Below are positions 1 through 13,000 of a stretch of 64,000 nucleotides of DNA, in pieces. The translations under genes were made by a program, and so were the position numbers. Under the pieces are notes generated by a model. The model saw nothing but the letters and a program-made list of their open reading frames with translations, was not told the DNA's origin and made no database searches. The stretch covers positions 248,001-312,000 of the forward strand of contig JAYWIR010000044.1 of NCBI GenBank assembly GCA_036172245.1, given 5' to 3'. The stretch's first letter is position 1; every line of letters starts with the position of its first letter. This DNA comes from Raillietiella orientalis (Eukaryota).

Positions 1-858
1 GTGCTTTGGAACGCGCGGCATGCGCCGAGGTCTATGAGAACTCTCAGGACGAGGTCAGATCTCAAGGTCAGCTCCGCATCCCTTTGGTTGTTGGCCAGAC
101 TCCCGCCTTAGTCCAGGCGACGCCTTGGCGTGGTGGGTCGCGGCAGCCGGAAGCGCCACGCAAGGCGATTCAGAATGCATTTCAGATCGTTGCAGAATCG
201 CTGCTGCTTAGAGCAAAGATTCTGGTGGCTGCACGAGATCCTGCATTTGGCTTCTTGTATGTGAATGGTTTCAGGATGCGTTCGGGAATAGAAAAAATCA
301 TTGCGGAAACGGTGCTTTGTAGAAAACGCCTCCCGTTTCCAGTAGCAACGCTTTCTCATACCTCGGGGTGCGCGGTCAGCTTTCACCAGCCGTTCCGTTT
401 CGAGTCGTTTCTCCTTGAGAAGAAGCGTTTCTAGGAAACGTAGCTCCGTGGAAACTCCTGCTCGGATAGCAGGTTCGCTGCTTCGAGGAAGGTTTCCCTG
501 AGTTTCCAGGAACGGGCAGAGAAGTCTGCAATGTAGATGTACATGGTACACAACACACGTAGCATGTAAAAGGTAGTGTTTTGGAATCCGGAGAAGCTAT
601 CAGACGTAAAGCTGGAGAGTAACGAGAGCTGATGAGAAGACAGAAATCTTGGAGAATCTTGCATCACATCCAGCAGCAGGAAATTCTTTATGAGGAACGC
701 AACGCATCTTAGAGGAATGTGTGTTTGAGAAACCCGTGCGCGGTATATGCAATCCCGCATGTCACGGGATCTTCAACCTCTTTATGCACGGGTCATTTCT
801 GTGAGGTGGACTCCTCAGCTTGGCATCTCGTATCTCCGCACAATTTTCGGATCACACT

Positions 859-864
859 TTTATT
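859..864 (-). terminator. Putative polyadenylation signal AATAAA of the DIP gene
   Basis: TTTATT on the + strand just downstream of the predicted TAA (893-895). Confidence 0.5.
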
Positions 865-892
865 GCTTACTAGCAGGCATGCTTATCACAGA

Positions 893-1065
893 TTAAAACA
901 GACTGAGGGTGTTTCCGGTCATCAGCACAAGAACAGCAGCGATAACAACACAGCTTATTCTGAAAACGGCGACATGGGAGTGGTGGAGGCTGGATTCGCT
1001 GTTGATCAACATGCTAGGCCCGGAATGGTTCTTGTTTTGAAAAACGTACCTCGTCGAAAAATAAT
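893..1065 (-). CDS. DIP-gamma: DIP-gamma-like terminal exon (GPI-anchor-signal-like tail)
   Basis: tctttccag|ATTAT...; encodes DYFSTRY...HVAVFRISCVVIAAVLVLMTGNTLSLF*, with AATAAA about 30 nt after the stop. Confidence 0.7.
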
Positions 1066-4000
1066 CTGGAAAGACAAGGCACCGTTACCCACGTGGCGGC
1101 GCGTGGTCGCCGCGTATTCCTCGGGATGTCAGATCAGAGGGCAGGGGCATCCACGCAACCACGCAGATCTTGGCAGTTCGTCATGGGGATTCGACGAGAG
1201 ATCGGAACGGAATTCAGATACGAGAAGGAGAGCGAGGCAAGGTATGGTACGTGATTCTTGTGGTCCAGCGGTTGCGTGTTCTGGGACGATGCGAAACTTT
1301 CGTGGAAACTCACCCTTCATGTGCATTTCATCCTTGCCATGGCTTTCTGACTCCCCTGGAGGTAATTCTGGAATTAAGGAAAAAGGATGTCTACACATGC
1401 GTGAATGTATGTACGCAGCAACGGCGAACACTCATGCGGATAGAAGCCAAAGCTGGAACTGACCACGGAGGCGTACGGATTCGTTCGCTTTCCCTAAGGA
1501 ATTTTCCGATTTGCAGTGATAAGTTCCAATGTCGTCGTACTGAGCGTCATGAATCCAGAGTGTGAGTCGAATTCGATATCCCTGCCTTTGCTCTTCGATG
1601 CGGTACTTCTTGCTGAAATGAAACAAAATGCAAGCAATAGTTCCACAGAGGATTCTCCTAAATCTTGCACGTCGGATTTCGACGTGTTCCAAGCTGTGAA
1701 AGACTCAAAGTAAGAGCGCAGCTCACTTGTTCATTAATATTTGTTCCCCTTTACTCCAGTAATTACTTGTCGTAGGGAACGCCTCTATGGTACAATGCAA
1801 CTGAACGTCGGTACCGAACGAAACACCCATTACTTCATTGCTTATCTGTACCAAAGGTGGAACTGATTGTGATGCTGTATTTAACTGTTCTTTAATACTT
1901 ACAAGAAACCTGGACATCTATTTTCTTGCTGACTGCTGGGGAAACATCATTGGAGGCCACGCACAAGTAGGTGCCCATTTGTCTTCGCGTGACGGAAACG
2001 AGAGTGAGCTGATGACCTTTGACCTTTTCAGCTTAAGAACGGAGGAACTGCAAATGCTCCCTTTCTATTGACAAAGAAGTTACCATTGATGATCTTCCCG
2101 TTTAGAAAGACAGTCATTGGTTTGTTATCTTCTCTGTGCCAGGAAATTTGAGGCTTAGGGTGACCTTTCGCATGACAGTTGAGAGTCAAGTCAGTACCCT
2201 CGTTTATGAGCACATCGCTGCTGGTTGTCTCCGAGATGATGTCGGGAGACACTGTAATCCCCCTGAGTAACAAGCCAAAAATGTAATTCTTGCAATTACC
2301 GTGGACATCCAAGCACTTGATCTGCTTCTTCATGGGACTGCTGTTGATCTGACACATGTAACAGCCTCGGTCGCTCTCCCTGACGTGCCGTATATGTAGA
2401 TTCCACTTTTGGAAATCCTCGTGAGAAAGGCCAATCCTGGTGTTGTGGGTTATTACTTTGGTGTGAAGGGTGAGGACTGTTTGGGATTCCGACTTAAGCC
2501 ACACCACCTAAGGATCAGTAGAGAGCTTGAAACCACATCTGCGATGATCTGGATAAGCAGAGCAGAAATCGAAATCGGCTTGCGGGTTTGCGCTATAGTG
2601 AGCGATGGATCATGATGTAATCCATGTACAGTAGTGCGACGATTGATGCCCAATCAGTGTACACTCAGGTTCCATGTCTGCGAAATTTCAATGGAAAATG
2701 TCTAGAATGGCGCTTCAGGGCAACTTTAGTGGCGCATGCGAGCGATTCTGTGAGCGAACATAAGAGAGATGCCAGAGACACCAGCGCACGAAGTTGATGA
2801 CTGTTTGTCTTTTTAGTTTGGATGCTCCCAGCTGTTCATCTCAAGGACTCTGTTCTCATCATTTTCTCCATCCCATCTGCCTCAGTATTTAGTCAATGTT
2901 TGCTTATTTTGAGGTTTCAGATTTCTCTTTGACATTTAGTTTGAATATTGAACTGCCGTGTTACCAGAGATGAGACCTTGGTCACTCGGGCTGCTGATCG
3001 GAGGCCTTCCTTTGGAGTGGGAAGGATTCTTGATTTCCTCTTGCCACAGCTTCCGAGCGTCAATGCGAGTTCATCCCATCCCGATTAGAATGTGGACGAA
3101 GCAGAACGCGTTCCTAGTGATGCATTTTCTGGAACGTTCCTTCTTTTCCTTCCACAGTTCGGATTCCCAGGTTCCCTGATTTATCGCCAATAAGCCAAAT
3201 TTGCTTGTGGGACTCACTTCAAAAGTCGTCATCAATGGTCCTTCCCCATTCCTGCTCTCCCCAGAAGAACAGCAGCAGTGTCCCGAGGTTCGATCAATTG
3301 CTCGGGGGGTTGGGTGCATACAGCGAGTGCTACTACGGTGTTTCCTCACAGAAGAGACGTGGCTAAGATTTGCCGAGCTTGGAACGAGACAACGAAGGCA
3401 GCGAAGTCAAATTATCCGAAAATCGGGAAGGATTCCTCAACAAAATAAGGCGCATGATTAATGCTGAAGTGACCATCACGTAGGACGTCTTACAGGCACG
3501 ATCATTGAGAATGCGTAAAACAAAGAAGTACTATGTGAGAGACTGAGAACTGACCGGGCTGTAGTCCCATCTCCATGGAATGAGAGTGACTCGACCCGGG
3601 TCGGTGTCGAATAGCTCACCCTGCATTCCCAGATTACATTAGCGACCGCCATGCTACTCGTGCACGCTGACGTCACGTCGCGAAGCCACACTCGAAGAGC
3701 GTCACTCAAAGTGATCCAGCCATATTGTGTCACGCGTACATAGATTCCGCGTTTCAACGGTGAAAATGATGAGGGAGGAAGCGCATCATCGTTGATGCTG
3801 CGAAAAGTTGAAAGCTGAAAATCTGTACATGGCGTGCGTTTTAATATCTTCCGTCCATCCGAGAACCCGGCAGGAATCCCACGGGAGATTCACCTTGCCT
3901 TGTCACCTTAAATGAGGAGAAATGCTGCCTCATATCTTAAAATCAACCGACTTCAACAAGAAAGTGATACAGGGACGATGTGAGATGCTGACCAATAGCG

Positions 4001-7000
4001 ATGGGGAAGCCGGTGCGACATGACCTCATGCTGAGGAAAGGGTGCCTCGTGATGCTACCGGACGAGACAGCGCGTCGAAGCCCCATTGACCCTCTCAAAA
4101 CCGCAAGTCGACCCAAGTGAGGTTGACCCAATGGCAGAAATCGCCAGTGCCAAAGGAAAGTTTGCGAGTTTTCATCCTGACCGATGCAACGTTTCAAGAA
4201 AGACTGCCTCCACTCTTAGACACTCCCCCCACCTCTCTAACCACGAAGAAGCCGGCCAGGTCGAGAAGAACGGAGGATCCTTCAGCAAATCCTCACATGT
4301 GTTTAGTGGTATCCAAGGCGTTATGAGAACTGGTCTCGGGTTATTTCGGTTGCTGAGTGCAGAGGTACCTCAAACACCCGAAGAGGCAATCGAGCTCCCA
4401 GAGAAAGGATGGGGCCACCAGAGAAAATCCAACGCAGAGAAGAACAGCGCTGCATAATTGCCCAACTGTTTGAGAGCAGATACAGCGTCTCTTTCTTCTC
4501 CCTTTCGGATCTTTATCGTTGGAAACCGAAGAAGAACAGACAGCTCATCCGAAGGATGCGGCGGCAAGATGGTTTGAATCCTGGGCAACACTCGAGGAAA
4601 GCTGCCGTCAATTCGGATGTAAAGAAACGCGCTGTAGAGCAGTCCTGGGAGCGGTAGTCGAAACGGCTATCAGTTGCAGAGACGAGGAGGCTGCTGGTGT
4701 CGACAGGATTTTAATTCAGTTAATGATCATTTACATGCAGAGAATAATGATCTTCCTGTCATCACCGGGCGACAGCAAGCGAGATGGAAACGAACCAGCG
4801 GGCCGTGGAACGAGAAGTGGAGATCACCGAAGGAACGAGCTTCCTCGCAGGAAGCTCCAGACCACATTCAAGCAAGAACATCGACTCCAGAAAAACACTT
4901 GAATTTAGGGAATTTCGAAATCCTCTGTATGGGACTCACAGGACCAGAAAACGCTCTGCGGGCTCTACAGGATCGGGTCGCTCTGTCATGCCTCAAGGGT
5001 GAAGCTGATCGCAAACACCCCTAAATGAATGCATGCTGAAGAGGGGAAAAAAAAACTCAAGACGAACGCATTCTTTACGAAATCTCTCTTCAGCTGAGGG
5101 GCAATTCTGCTATTCGACGCGGGAGTTTTTGATTCACTGTTGACATTTCGAATCAAAGGTTGGCTGCTGACATCGCAGCATGGTTTTGCAGCATCACCAT
5201 ATCTCTAGGGGTTTCCGATTTTTGAAAAGAAGACCTTTCTTAAGCATAGCGAAATGAATGTCGAAGCAACCTTCAAATCTACCGTCTCTCTATTCTACAT
5301 TGCTTCTCCCAAAGCTCGCTAATGCTATTCGTACACGTCTTCAGTACATGGTATCGAGATATTGATGCAAGAATACGTTAATACACCAAATAGGACCGCC
5401 AACGGATGCATATTATGTTGATGAACCAACGGAATGTCTCGGTCTACCCAATCTCTACCGCCTAGAAAGCCGTGAGTTTGCTGCGGACCGTTGCTTCGGG
5501 CTGCTGCTAACCTCCCCTGATCCAACAGTGCAAGAATGAATCTCTCCCAGGAAGGGTTCAGTTCGCTGGTTGCAGGCGCTGCCGACGGACGAGGATTTGG
5601 AGAGCTTCACTTGCGGAACGTTCGACGGAATGTGGAAGCAAACTAGCGGCGACATTAGAAGTATCTGGAAGATGGGAACACAAGAGTCTCCAGAAGGCAG
5701 CGGTGAACGAACGAGGAAGAAGCACCAAAAGATACATTTGACGAGTGCACGAGCACGTGAGGAAGAAAATCTCTCACAGTTTGACACGAGGATCAAGGGG
5801 AGACCAGGTCCTGCATTGAGCAGCATCGACCTTCGAGGAATTTTCTGTTCAACCTCCAGCACCTGCGATTGGGAGACTGCGGATTCTCATTTTCATTTTG
5901 AGCTTCGACTCCACTTTCTTCCTGTGCAGTCGTGGTCCACCAAGAGCGCCTCTGGTGGACCGTGAAGAAGGCGTGGAAGACGGAAAGAGAGGCTACGCCA
6001 CATCTTCAACGGATGCGTCAACCAAACTGCGTTTGCCGAGGCACGGCGAGCTGGTGACAGAAACCCAGAAGACTTCCCTGAAATGTAATGGGACGCTGGC
6101 TGCTACTGGTGGGCATCCAAAGCTAGTGCCCCGGTGCGAAGGAAAGGGAATTACACCGAGCGTTTCACAAGAATCCATCAGCAGTGCCGAAAGAGACGAG
6201 GCGGAAGGAGAGCAACCAGCGAGGAGTAAGAGCAGTGGTCGTGGGATCTCTAAGATCTCAATACGCAGGAGACAATGTGGGGCTGAGGGGATCAGGGAAC
6301 TCCCCAGGAGATTAGAGGAAACAAATCAGCAAAGAAAGGGGCGTGATGTTCCTGGGACGTAAACCGAAAAGATTGGACAGACTTGCAACGGAAGGACCAC
6401 TGTAAAACACGGGATCTCGGCCTTTCGGCTAAGATCAGAAAATTAGCGAGTATCTGGGACGGATCCCACCCTAAGACCGAATTCAGCATTAGAAAAGGGC
6501 AACAGCTTGATACTGCTAAACGTCGCCTGCCCAGTTAGGAATGGTGAGGAGGCGTTCTACAACACCGGAAGAGAAATAGGAACGAAACACCAAAATGCTG
6601 CCGGGCAGGCATCCCAGAGAGGAATCCAAACTACCATCCTTGCCTTCATAGTTAGGTGTACTGGATGCAGACGAGATGAGGAAAAAGGGATAGGGGTAGC
6701 TCAAGCACCCAATGCAGTGGAAACAGCTATTGGAAGCAGCGCTTGGGTTTGCGCCAGAGGGCGCGGGCAATCCGACGGAACACTTGAGAGAGGGGAAGCG
6801 CACAAGGCTGCAGGCAAGCTCAGTATCGCCAGAGGAATAGGTGAAGAACGTCCAAAGGAATGCATCCGAAGAATCCACCTACATTATCCGAAGATAAGGA
6901 AGATGGCTGAGAGTCCTCTCATGTCAGTTCTTAGCAACTGTAGCATTTTTTCCCTTTAAATACAATATCAAAATGTAGCACGGGATGAGTTGAAGCGACA

Positions 7001-10000
7001 AGAGAAGTAGATGAAAGCTTCCCTGCATTCGCTTTCGCATTATTTTATGTAACTGCATGTACGTCTCAACGTGTTATTGACGACATCCCAGTCGCATCAG
7101 GTCAGAGGGAAGAGGGGCCACGAGGTTTTGTTTCGATTCGGAGTCAAAGAAGAAGCCATGGCAACCTTATAATTTCCCAGGTTTCGAATGTGGCAGGATA
7201 GCACGACCTCCTTTCCGAGAGGAACAGTGGCGTTCGAAGGAGTTTCGGTGAATTCCGGCTCCTGGATCCTGGATTCTGAAAGATCAAATAGTGTACACAA
7301 GCTGTAACATTCAACGCATCAACGATAAAGCAAAACCGTCTATCAAAATTCATGGACACCGTGAACAGGCGCATCGTACGATGAGCGAAAACGAGTATTC
7401 CCTGGGGGCAGTATCATCCAAGAAAGCGCCGTTAGGGGTAAACTTGGTACTCCACTATCAGGCAGGTATCTTAAGCAGGATGCTACCAACAGGCGATTTC
7501 GTTTTCCTACCAAGTGACGTGGCTGACGTGAGATAACCTCAGATCCACGATCATTTTGTAGACAAAGTTTTCCTATCGCATCGCTTACGCTCCTATGTGA
7601 CCACGGGAACGGATCTTATGGGCAGTGGAAGAGATGTGCGATGATTGATGAGATGGGCGATTCCTTAGCTACTGATCTCCGGGCTTTCCAGCGCTAATGA
7701 ATGGAAAAACAGGACTGCAACGAAATCTGAAACCATTTTGCAATTCCTCGCAATTTCAACACGAGATGACCATGAAGTCTGCAACGTAAAGGAAAACCAC
7801 CGCCTGCCCTTTCGGATACTGAGGAGATGTCGACGAAGAGAGTGCGCTGATGTCATCTGAGGATCCACAACGCGACGTTCAGCAGGGGAAAGAAATACAG
7901 CGACCACGGGGAAAACGCAATGGTGGAAGAATCACTAGGAGAACACGTGGCTGCTGAAAGGTCCACCGAGAGAACGAAAGTCCCAACTAGATGCAGCCTT
8001 CTCATTCCCAAATGCAGAAGAAGCAACCAGCAAAGGCATGAAATTGCGCGCAAGAACTTTCCAGCTTCCCACCTGACAGGAGCAATGGAATGTGCCTGGA
8101 ACGACTTCAGATCGTGATGGAATTTCGAGGAATTAGTCGATGATGGATGGATTGGGACGCTGGATTGCGCGTCTGAAGAAAACTTCCTCCCAAACGCAAG
8201 TTTGAGACAAACTTCGGAAACATTGTGAAGATGTGGTGTTCCGTTTGCAGTGCGCTAATGAAGTTCTCTAGGAGTTGAGACTGGACCAGAATTTGTAAGA
8301 AAAATCGGTCGATTCATGGAAGCTGACCTACTTTCGATTCAGGGGGAGGGGTCATGTGATCAACATCGCCAAATCCACAATCGTGGAATTCGCTGCTGTG
8401 ACATGTTCCAGGCTGACCACAAAGAATTATGAGTGTTTCTCATGGAGGCTCTCGAATACAAGACCTCATTATCAGTTTTCCAGGATGCAACCGCCCTTGG
8501 ATTTACCACTGGATCCACGCCTGCTGAGGTCGTTTGTCGACCCAAGGAATGGCTCTCAACGCAAAAGAGGACACTGAAATTATCCTGACTAACCTGGAAG
8601 GTCAATACTAGATAACGGACATCAATACTAAGATAACGAGTCGAGACTTGATTAGCACAAATAAGTTTGACTTTTCTAAAGCACACAGACTGTACACACG
8701 CATACTGGAAGTCTTCCCTGCTGCAGTGCTGCAGAGAAATACGAAGGTCCTCACGTAGCAAACGCCCGGGAATCTTAATGGAAGCGCTCGGGAGACATCA
8801 CGTTCTGAACGCGCTCTCTGTGCGACGAGGGTGCAAGTAAAAGTGACCGGTCATGGTGCCAAAGTTTCTCTGACACTTTGGCAATTCCTCCTGGGTGCAT
8901 TCAAACGCCTGACACCTCCTAGGAAACGTCATCAAACCAAGGTGGACGTGGCATTACTGGTGCCCTCCGTTCGCTAATGCCTCGTGATTTGCTCTCCTAA
9001 AAGACTCTTTGCCGCCTGCTGACCCACAGCAACTTGAAATTCCTGCACGGCTTTGTGAATGCTCTGAAAAATGAAGTATGAAAAAAAAAAAAAAAAAATG
9101 AGGTTTGCAACGATTCCAAGAAGAGTGACTTTAGTGATAGAAATCACTGGTTCGGACTCGGTATCGTGTCCATGCAAATGGTTCTGTAACCAGGTGTTCC
9201 CATTCTCGATGGGGAATGCGAGTAGGGAATCAGTCGAGAACACAAGGCTGCATCTTTACAGACCCATCAATGCCTCGGTACGGAAAGAGAACGCAGAACC
9301 AAGGTACTGCTAGCCTGAAAGACTCATGCCCAGTCCGGAAGGACGCTACCGTAATTTTTCCTGTTTTGACAGCCATGAGATCTATGGTTCCCAGAAAACT
9401 CCTTATTTGATTATTCTTTACTCACGGAAAGACGACGGCATATATCCGGAGAAGTGAGGAAAACAGGCATTTGTTTTTACACTTGATCAATGGATCCAAG
9501 AGTTCTTGAAATTCCAGAGAGACCAGTAAACAAGTCACAGTGATAAGAGATTAAGATGCTGACGTACTTGCAAGATAGGAAATTGCAAAACAGCGTATGC
9601 ACCTTTCTTATGCTCTATTTTATTTGGCACATTTTTTTTTTTACTCTCATTGTGTTAACGACAACCGTGACGACGACAACTACGTGGTAGACGGAGGTGC
9701 TGCAAACTAGGTACTAGTTCGTAGGTACTCATACGTCTGATGGCATTCTCCCATCGTTACGTCGTACTACCCGGGCATACGAGTTACTGTCTGAGATCAG
9801 ATCCAACCTAACCTCATCTCACTCCCTTCACTTAATCTAAACTAAGCCTACCTAACCTAACTTGGCAATCTACTTTTTCAGAACAACGTTCTCATGGATA
9901 CCCCTTCTAGGGCAATGGGTTATTCTCCAGCAATTGGGTTGTACGCCAATCCATATCAAACTGAGCAAATTTCTTTTTCTTCTCCTAAAATAACTTCTGT

Positions 10001-13000
10001 TCCAGAGGAGCGGTGTTTTCGTACTGTGCGCTATGAGGCAATGGCTGTACTGTAAATTAAGAACTGTTCACGGCTACACCACGCTGAAAGCACCGTCTCT
10101 CGTGCGATCGGCGAAGTTAAGCAGCGTCGGGCCCGGTCAGTACTTGGATAGGCGATCTCCTGGGAACCCCGGGTGCAGTGAGCGCTCTTTTTTTTTAACC
10201 TACATCGTAGGCTTTGTGGTTAAGGCTTCCGCGCGTGGCTCCGTGCGTCGCGGGTTCGAATACTTTGGCAGAAACTGACGCCACTGCGTCGTTGGGTTCC
10301 GAGTTTCTCCTGCAAGATGGCGCTGGTTGGTCGAGACATTCGGGCGTGGCCCCGGTGGTGGGTTAAGCCGGAGTCCCCCGATGAAGGTCGGAACAATGGG
10401 AGTCGACCTTCGGGTCCTTCCAGGAATCAAGGAGTGGGGAGTTCCCCCTCCGGGCGTGCAACGGAGAGCGGACCCCCCACACCGGGGGGATCCCTCCGGT
10501 TTCAAGATGGAGCAGAAGCCTTCACAGGAACCTCTCCAGTTGTTCAAAGGAACGGATCCCCCTATTGCGAATCGTCTCCTCTTCACAGAGTGCAAGGAAG
10601 CAAGCGAGAGCGATCCCCCTGCGGGAAGCTGCAGAGCCCCTTCTGAATTTCGGAAGCGTCCCTTCGGGGTTCTCTTCAGAGTGAACAGGAGCGGTTCCCT
10701 TGCGGGTTCCCTTCGGAGAAGAAATTCCTACAAGCGGATCCTTTCCGGGTTCCCTCCGGAGAAGATGAAATGGAGAGGGCTACCCTCCCTTCCGGGGGAT
10801 TCCCTCCTGTAAAAAAAAAAAAAAAAAAAAATGCTTCCGAGACGACCACATCTTTAAGCGTTTGAGAGGAGATAAATGCAAATACAGATGTATCCAGAGA
10901 TAGCCACAATGTCTGAGGAGTCGTCTTGCATCTCTCTTTCGGCTTGCGCTGAGCCTCTTGGCCTTCCGACCAGAAGTCGGAAGGCCAAGAGGAAGGCTTC
11001 TGGTTAAACATGGAACGCATGCATACTTGCTCAGAGGCACATAAAAACTGGATCCAAGCAAGTGGCTCGTGTCTGCTAGTGGGGAAGATGCTGCAATCTT
11101 CAAGCAGCCAGCAGAAAAAGTTGGCCAGCCACCTACACGGGAAACTGAAAAATTCTTCTTCGAGTGGGAGACTTCGAGATAGCTCTAAGGCGGAGAACGA
11201 AGCGGAATCATGCCCTGGACCGGTATCTTGCCAGAAATTTTTATCAAGCACGCAGGCATTTCTTCCATTTTCGTTCTTTGCTTCGTCTTTGCTTTTGTCT
11301 CTGGAGCGAAGGAGCGCGTTGGCACACTGGAAAATGGATCCTGCCTTGGATGGTGAGTGAAGTAAGGAATCATGAGATTTCAGCAGCAAGCACGACTTGA
11401 AATACCAGAGTCTTCCACAGACTCTGTTTGATGCAATCCGTTTTCTTCAGGTTCCTAAAGCAATCTACCCTTTTCCACCGTTTTCTCAACACAGAGGTGT
11501 GGAAAGCAGTAGAAGGAAGATAGGGGTACCCAGGATGAGCAGCGAAAGTGAAAGAGTCACGTGCGAAAATATTCACTAGGAAAGTGTGAAAGAGATGTAG
11601 GAGATACACGGCTGCAGTCAGTACCGGGTGAACCACACGAATACACACGGAAAACTTTTAATTAACCTTATTCAAAGGCTAAGACCATCTACTCTTTCAG
11701 GAGCCGCGCCCTGTTGAATTTTCGCTGCGATATTGCAGGACCGCATCATCAATCACACGACTCGCACGAACTGACACTCATCTTCCAGTGGCGCTGCTGT
11801 CGGATCATGCAACAAGATCACCGGGGATGCTTCAGCGGTACAGCGACCGATTGAACCTTCTCGTTTCAGGAATGGACGTGAACTTCGGGGAATTCTCCAT
11901 CTCTCAGTGAACTGCAAAGGAAGCGTTCCTCTGTCCGTTTCCTTGGAGGCACTTTCATGACCCGTCATGCCATTGGTCTTCTGGTATCTTGAGGATCGTC
12001 TCCCACCGACTTCGCGCGGATTCTCTCCTGCTAACAGAGATCTCATAGAAAAGCCCTCGCGTTTAGAAAGCTGTTGTTGAGCTGTACAATGTATGTCACT
12101 GGATGTCACTTGAAGTGTCACTGGATTCCTTTCTGGATCCTTCTGCACGTCAGATATGACCAGAAGCGCACGACCATCGAAAGGTGCCTTCCCCGAACAC
12201 GTTATAGGTTTACCGGGCTATACAGCGGAGATTCTTCAGGAACATGAAGGCTGCACCTACCGCAGATTCGATTCGCGGAAAATAGGGTCCCATCCACTGA
12301 AGACACGAGTTCGTTTTTGAGAGGGAACCAAAAAGGTACTCGAACTTCGCCTCGACATCGGAAGAAGAACGGACTGCAGTGGAAAAATTTCTGAAGGACA
12401 TTGTGACCTCCGAAGAATGCAGCATTCTGCGAGGTCCTCATGTTCCGTTTTCATGAATCGCCTTCCAGGACTCCTCGATCACTCCGGACTTCCACCTACC
12501 AAAGTTTCCGCGGAACGCGAGAAATCGTTGCGTGTCAATGCTGCTGGTAGTCCCTGAACGTCGATGTGATGCCCCGAACCCCAGCCACGGGCAGGGCACA
12601 GTGGAAAAACGCACGTGGGAATGGTCTGCTTGCGGCATCTCGCCGGCACAACCACTTGGATAGTTTCTTACCGACGGGTTGGAAGGTCGTATTTGCTGGA
12701 GACGCCAGACCTTTCGGCAGCTGGAAGACCAGCGAGCTGGCGGACGCTGCCACTCGTAATTGTGCGCAGGGACTCCTCTGGTAGAGTGAACTGTTGAGTG
12801 TGTGCCCCCCGACGAACTTGTGGTCCCTCCCTCGTTCGTGAACACCTCTGTGTTCCCACTTCCCTGGAAGCAGGACGTGCTCCTGCTGTTGCATCGGGGT
12901 TTCCATTGCAATCCGCGCTCCCATCTCGTTTCCGGGGGAATTTTCCTTCCCGAACTGTGCAAGGCGAGGAGCAGTGGAATCGCTCCCGCACCTGCTCTTC

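Noticed and set aside
362..525. Possible minus-strand internal exon (cag|ACTTC...CGAG|gtatga; LLCPFLETQGN...KADRAPR)
   Set aside because: The splice sites are plausible, but there is no recognisable domain or confident partner exon in the window.
1613..1693. In-frame alternative acceptor at 1693 extending DIP exon 7
   Set aside because: It would need a 33-nt intron and would insert 27 aa into Ig3; the 1612 acceptor fits the domain.
7853..8072. Hydrophobic stretch RAISCLCWLLLLHLG as an alternative DIP signal exon
   Set aside because: There is no in-frame ATG before the hydrophobic stretch and no GT donor at its end.
10203..10275. Functional tRNA gene
   Set aside because: A and B boxes are present, but the acceptor, anticodon and T stems do not pair.
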